Below are positions 23,659 through 27,507 of a stretch of DNA of 27,507 bases, in pieces. The stretch is from Eubacteriales bacterium (lineage in GTDB: Bacteria > Bacillota > Clostridia > Oscillospirales > CAG-382): positions 1 to 27,507 of the forward strand of contig JAZTZF010000140.1 of assembly GCA_045637325.1 (NCBI GenBank). The letters run 5' to 3'. The translations under genes and the position numbers were made by a program. Under the pieces are notes generated by a model. That model made no database searches, had not been told where the DNA came from, and saw nothing but the letters and a program-made list of their open reading frames with translations. The number at the start of each line of letters is the position of its first letter. Position 1 is the stretch's first letter.

Positions 23659-24513
23659 ATGAAAAGAATTTTATGTTGTCTTATATCAATGGTAATACTT
23701 GCGGCTTTCTTACCTGTGGGAAGTATGGCGCTGAGCAAAGACAGCACCGAGTTGGTGGTTGTTGCGTTCGGTGACAGTATAACCGCTGCAGATAACTGGC
23801 AAAAACATTTGGAATCGCAGTTCGGGATCGATATTATAAATGCAGGTGTAGGCGGCGACTCCACAAAAAGCGCAAAATCCCGTTTTAAGACCGATGTTTT
23901 AAATAAGTTCCCGGATGTTGTATTTATCAGCTTCGGCACAAACGACAGCGCCATCGATATGGCAAAGTCGGTTACCGTGGCAGAGTATAAAGAGAATTTA
24001 ACATACTATATAGAAGAGTGCAAAAAGGTCTGTGCAAAGGTAATTATCAATATTCCGCCCCCTGTTGTTGACGAGTTATATTTGACCCGTCACCAGTCGG
24101 CACCGTTTGAACCCTACGGCGGTCCCAACGGGTTGGTTGCAATATATGCGGAGGCGGCACGCGAGGTTGCGCGCGAGCAGGATGTTTACTATACCGACCT
24201 GAATCAGGTGTTTTCTTCGACCGACGATTATACAAAGTATTTCCCCGACGGTGTTCATCCGAGCGATACGGGCTACAAAATGTATGCCGACGCGGTTGCG
24301 CCCATATACGAAAAACTGTTTCTCGGCGACGTGGATTTCGACGGAAGTGTTGATGTGCTGGACTATATCCTTATCAAGCGCGCCTGTCTGAAAACCGTTA
24401 CGCTTGACAGCGAAGAAAGCAAACGCGCCGACATTAACAAAGACGGAATAGTAGACGCGCAGGACTACATTTTTGTAAAGCGTATTTGTTTGGGCAACTA
24501 TAAGATAGTATAA
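23659..24513 (+). CDS. Secreted SGNH/GDSL hydrolase with a C-terminal type I dockerin
   Basis: Signal peptide MKRILCCLISMVILAAFLPVGSMA. SGNH blocks FGDS, GVGG, FGTND and DGVHP. Duplicated Ca-binding dockerin repeats GDVDFDGSVDVLDYILIKR and ADINKDGIVDAQDYIFVKR. Start 23659 with a GGGAGG RBS. Confidence 0.9.
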   Translation: MKRILCCLISMVILAAFLPVGSMALSKDSTELVVVAFGDSITAADNWQKHLESQFGIDIINAGVGGDSTKSAKSRFKTDVLNKFPDVVFISFGTNDSAIDMAKSVTVAEYKENLTYYIEECKKVCAKVIINIPPPVVDELYLTRHQSAPFEPYGGPNGLVAIYAEAAREVAREQDVYYTDLNQVFSSTDDYTKYFPDGVHPSDTGYKMYADAVAPIYEKLFLGDVDFDGSVDVLDYILIKRACLKTVTLDSEESKRADINKDGIVDAQDYIFVKRICLGNYKIV

Positions 24514-24518
24514 ATTTA

Positions 24519-24563
24519 TAAAAAGACTTTGCTTCTAAAGTGTCTCGAGGCAAAGTCTTTTAT
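24519..24563. terminator. Bidirectional intrinsic terminator
   Basis: AAAAGACTTTGC (24521-24532) pairs with GCAAAGTCTTTT (24550-24561) between convergent genes. Confidence 0.8.
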
Positions 24564-24568
24564 TGTTT

Positions 24569-25228
24569 TTATATTATATTTTGAAACGATAAAATAAACA
24601 GAATGCAGGTGACGATAATCAAAGCCGCAACGATCAACATGCCGAAAGAGCTTTTTTTCTTTTCGGTGCTCTCGGTCTGCGCTACATAACCTGCCTTCCT
24701 TAGCGATGCGACAACGGGACGGTAAAGGAGAAAGGTGAAAGCGGCGTTCAGACCTGCTTTTAGAAGGTTAAAAGGCAGAAAAGCAGGGATGAGAAGCTTT
24801 ATTATCTCCTCGCGCGGAGCATCCATGTATAATGGTGCAATAAGATAATTCCAAAGCATCATAACCGCAACCATTAAAGCACTGCCGACAAGCAACCCGA
24901 TCACCGCTCCTGCAAGGGTGCGGTTTTTCTTGTAAATAATCGAAGCGGTGCAGGCAAACGAGCAACTTGAGATTATATTCATCACCAAGCCGATAAAGGC
25001 GGTTTCGCTGACCGTCAGCATTTCTATAACCGAAACGATCACCGATACCGCAAACGACATCATCGGGCCCCATATCAAACCGCCCAAAGCAATTATTACA
25101 TCTTTCGGATCGTATTTCAAAAACAGCACGACCGGCACTCGCCCGACAACCATAACGATATACGCCAAAGCGCACAGCATGGCTGCCATAGTGATTTTTT
25201 TGATATCTAGTTTTTTGCTTGCGGACAT
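24569..25228 (-). CDS. ribU: ECF transporter S component, probable riboflavin uptake (RibU-like)
   Basis: Hydrophobic protein with FLKYDPKDV, GP..G-like GPMMS, IGLVMN and PFNLLKA motifs. Directly downstream of an FMN riboswitch. Start at MSAS (25228) with a GGAGG RBS. Confidence 0.85.
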   Translation of the reverse strand: MSASKKLDIKKITMAAMLCALAYIVMVVGRVPVVLFLKYDPKDVIIALGGLIWGPMMSFAVSVIVSVIEMLTVSETAFIGLVMNIISSCSFACTASIIYKKNRTLAGAVIGLLVGSALMVAVMMLWNYLIAPLYMDAPREEIIKLLIPAFLPFNLLKAGLNAAFTFLLYRPVVASLRKAGYVAQTESTEKKKSSFGMLIVAALIIVTCILFILSFQNII

Positions 25229-25235
25229 AAAAACA

Positions 25236-25259
25236 GCCTCCCAAACTAACTTCGGAGGC
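25236..25259 (-). promoter_or_regulatory. Riboswitch expression platform: hairpin that sequesters the Shine-Dalgarno and is followed by a U-tract
   Basis: Minus strand GCCTCC-12 nt-GGAGGC-TGTTTTT-ATG; the 3' arm is the RBS. Confidence 0.65.
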
Positions 25260-25300
25260 ATAAAAAATCATACAGCGATGCTATAAACAGCAAAAACCGC

Positions 25301-25411
25301 ATCTTCTTCCATCCAGACTTTACTGTTGGTCTCGGAATCGCACCGAATCATGTGCCAAAAGCACTCGCGGACTGTACCGCCAATCGGGAATTTCACCCTG
25401 CCCCGAAGATT
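25301..25411 (-). ncRNA. FMN riboswitch (RFN element)
   Basis: Minus strand ATCTTCGGGGCAGGGTGAAATTCCCGATTGGCGGTACAGTCCGCGA...TGATTCGGTGCGATTCCGAGACCAACAGTAAAGTCTGGATGGAAGAAGAT matches the RFN consensus P1-P6. Confidence 0.95.
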
Positions 25412-25431
25412 TATCTTTAATTGTCTTATAT

Positions 25432-25460
25432 ATTATATGCTTTTGATTTTGCGGTGTCAA
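25432..25460 (-). promoter_or_regulatory. Perfect consensus sigmaA promoter for the FMN riboswitch-ribU transcript
   Basis: Minus strand reads TTGACA (25455-25460)-17 nt-TATAAT (25432-25437). Confidence 0.85.
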
Positions 25461-25463
25461 TAG

Positions 25464-25492
25464 TTGATTTTATAAAAAAAGTGTGTTATACT
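25464..25492 (+). promoter_or_regulatory. sigmaA promoter for trkA-trkH
   Basis: TTGATT-17 nt-TATACT with an extended -10 TG; back-to-back with the ribU promoter. Confidence 0.65.
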
Positions 25493-25543
25493 GTGCGTTA
25501 ATATAATATTTTGCTTTCCAAAAGTAGGTTTGGAGTTGTTTGT

Positions 25544-26905
25544 ATGAAAATTATTATTGTCGGGTGCGGAAAAATAGGCACCTCGATACTGGAAAATCTT
25601 GTCGGAGAGGGGAACGACGTTGTCGCTATAGACGCATCTCCCTCGGTTATTGACGAAATAGGTAACATATATGATGTTATGTGTGTTTGCGGAAACGGTG
25701 CCGACACCGAAACGCTTGAGGAAGCCGGTGTTTCCAAGGCCGATTTGTTTGTCGCCGTTACAAATTCCGACGAGCTTAATATGCTTGCCTGCTTTGTTGC
25801 CGAAAAAATGGGTGCAAAGCACACCATCGCGCGCATAAGAAAGCCCGAATACAACGACAAAAGCCTTGATTTTATGAGCAAGCAACTAAACCTCACCGTT
25901 TCTGTAAATCCCGAATGGATGGCGGCAAAGGAGTTGTTTAACATACTCAAATTGCCGGCGGCGGTAAATATAGAGAGCTTTTCGGGCGGGAATCTCGAAA
26001 TGGTCGGTATACGCCTAAAGCAGAATTCCATACTCGACGGATTGAGTCTTATCGAGCTTAGGCGCAAGTACAAGGCGCAGTATCTTGTTTGCGCGGTTCA
26101 GCGCGGAGACGAGGTATATATTCCCGACGGTAATTTTGTACTCAAAAGCGGGGATAAAATCGGTATAGCCGCATCGAGCTCCGAGATACAAAAGCTTCTC
26201 AAAATGCTTTCGCTCGTGCAAAAATCGGCAAGAAGTGTAATGATACTCGGCGCAAGCCGTATATCCTATTACCTTGCAAAACGGCTTATAAACAGCGGTA
26301 ACAAGGTTATTGTTATTGACAAGGACGAGCGCGTTTGCAAGGCATTTGCAGACGAGCTTCCCGATGCCGTGGTTATATGCGGCGACGGCGCCGAGCAGGA
26401 ACTGCTGCTCGAGGAAGGATTGGGTTCGACCGATGCTTTCGTTGCGCTGACGGGTATGGACGAGCTTAATATTCTTATTTCGATTTTCGCCGCTTCGCAG
26501 AACGTGCCGAAGGTCATTTCCAAGGTTAACCGTACAGAGCTTGCATCCATGGCGGACAAGCTGGGCCTTGACTGTATAATATCTCCTAAAAATATCGTTT
26601 CAAACGTGCTTGCGCGTTATGCAAGAGCTATCAAAAACTCACAGGGCGCAAACGGTATAGAAACACTTTATAAACTCATGGACGGCAGTGTCGAGGCACT
26701 TGAGTTTAACGTAAGTAAGGATTTTAAGGGATTGGGCAAACCGCTTAAGGAGCTTTCGCTCAAGCCGAATATCCTTATTGCAGGCATAATTCGCGGCAGA
26801 AAGGCGCTTATCCCGGGCGGTGACGACGAGATTTTTGCCGGGGACAGGGTAGTGGCAATAGTGTCGGGGCAGCAACTTCTTGACCTTGACGATATTCTAA
26901 GGTAA
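25544..26905 (+). CDS. trkA: Trk system potassium uptake regulatory subunit
   Basis: Two RCK_N domains (MKIIIVGCGKIG; VMILGASRIS) and two RCK_C domains; DELNML, HTIAR and IPGGDD. Start at MKII (25544). Confidence 0.95.
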   Translation: MKIIIVGCGKIGTSILENLVGEGNDVVAIDASPSVIDEIGNIYDVMCVCGNGADTETLEEAGVSKADLFVAVTNSDELNMLACFVAEKMGAKHTIARIRKPEYNDKSLDFMSKQLNLTVSVNPEWMAAKELFNILKLPAAVNIESFSGGNLEMVGIRLKQNSILDGLSLIELRRKYKAQYLVCAVQRGDEVYIPDGNFVLKSGDKIGIAASSSEIQKLLKMLSLVQKSARSVMILGASRISYYLAKRLINSGNKVIVIDKDERVCKAFADELPDAVVICGDGAEQELLLEEGLGSTDAFVALTGMDELNILISIFAASQNVPKVISKVNRTELASMADKLGLDCIISPKNIVSNVLARYARAIKNSQGANGIETLYKLMDGSVEALEFNVSKDFKGLGKPLKELSLKPNILIAGIIRGRKALIPGGDDEIFAGDRVVAIVSGQQLLDLDDILR

Positions 26906-26922
26906 AAAGGCGGTCGTAACAA

Positions 26923-27507
26923 ATGAACCGAAAAATGGTATTTTACATGTTCGGCCGTATCGGGCAGACAATCGGCGCATTGCTGTTGTTGCCTGCGGTA
27001 GTCGCGGTTATCTACGGCGAATACCGTCAGTTATGGTCGTTCATTGCCGTTGCCGCAGGTGCGTTGGTGCTGGGAAGCGTTATTTCTTGGATATCCAGAA
27101 CGGCAAACAAGGTTATATATGCAAAAGAAGGTTTTGCGATAGTTTCGCTGGCGTGGATATGTATGTCGACAGTAGGTGCGTTGCCGTTTGTTCTGAGCGG
27201 CGACATACCGCCGTATGTCGATGCGCTGTTTGAAACGGTAAGCGGATTCACGACAACCGGTGCATCAATATTGCGTGACGTAGAGGCAATGAGCTACAGC
27301 ATGCTGTTTTGGCGCAGTTTTACCCACTGGGTAGGCGGCATGGGCGTGCTTGTGTTTGTCATGGCAATAGTATCAAGCATGCCCGACCGTTCTATACACA
27401 TCATGCGTGCCGAAATGCCGGGGCCTGTCGTGGGCAAACTCGTTCCGCGCGGACGCGATACTGCAAAGATACTTTACCTTATATATATAGTAATGACTCT
27501 CGTTCAG
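26923..27507 (+). CDS. trkH: Trk system potassium uptake membrane subunit (partial, runs off the window end)
   Basis: Not in the ORF track; read manually from ATG 26923. Contains KEGFAIVSLAW, GALPF, DALFETVSGFTTTGASIL, LFWRSFTHWVGGMGVLVF and AEMPGP..GKLVP. Open to the end of the window. Confidence 0.95.
   Translation, partial: MNRKMVFYMFGRIGQTIGALLLLPAVVAVIYGEYRQLWSFIAVAAGALVLGSVISWISRTANKVIYAKEGFAIVSLAWICMSTVGALPFVLSGDIPPYVDALFETVSGFTTTGASILRDVEAMSYSMLFWRSFTHWVGGMGVLVFVMAIVSSMPDRSIHIMRAEMPGPVVGKLVPRGRDTAKILYLIYIVMTLVQ

Overview
A 27.5 kb chromosomal window from a Clostridia-type (Bacillota) anaerobe. This is inferred from gene content, sigmaA consensus promoters, AGGAGG ribosome-binding sites and a dockerin-bearing enzyme. 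It is densely packed with housekeeping genes. In order: the 3' end of probable xseA; hslO, an SDR, dut and yhbY; a two-gene SufC/SufB-like Fe-S module; queA; dapA; an SPFH protein; an 8-gene minus-strand run (clpP, AEC transporter, ddl, murI, DUF1934, DnaD-like, DnaC-like, rnhA); a U32 hydroxylase; a DAG-kinase-family gene; tmcAL divergent from ackA-radC; an FAD oxidoreductase; a DUF4434 glycoside-hydrolase-like gene divergent from a secreted SGNH-dockerin enzyme; an FMN-riboswitch-controlled ECF S component; and trkA plus partial trkH. I see no transposase, integrase, Cas gene, CRISPR array, rRNA or complete tRNA. The unusual signal is mostly non-coding. (1) A ~176-bp inverted array at 6794-6969 has seven mini-hairpins punctuated by a CGATAT/ATATCG motif, and six of the seven loops are DNA-type GNA/GNNA loops oriented by arm. 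(2) GTAG-tagged REP palindromes, two of which differ by compensatory changes. (3) An inverted purine/pyrimidine heptamer-repeat element. (4) An FMN riboswitch with a covarying substitution next to the ligand pocket. All calls come from reading the sequence by eye; no database searches or folding programs were run.
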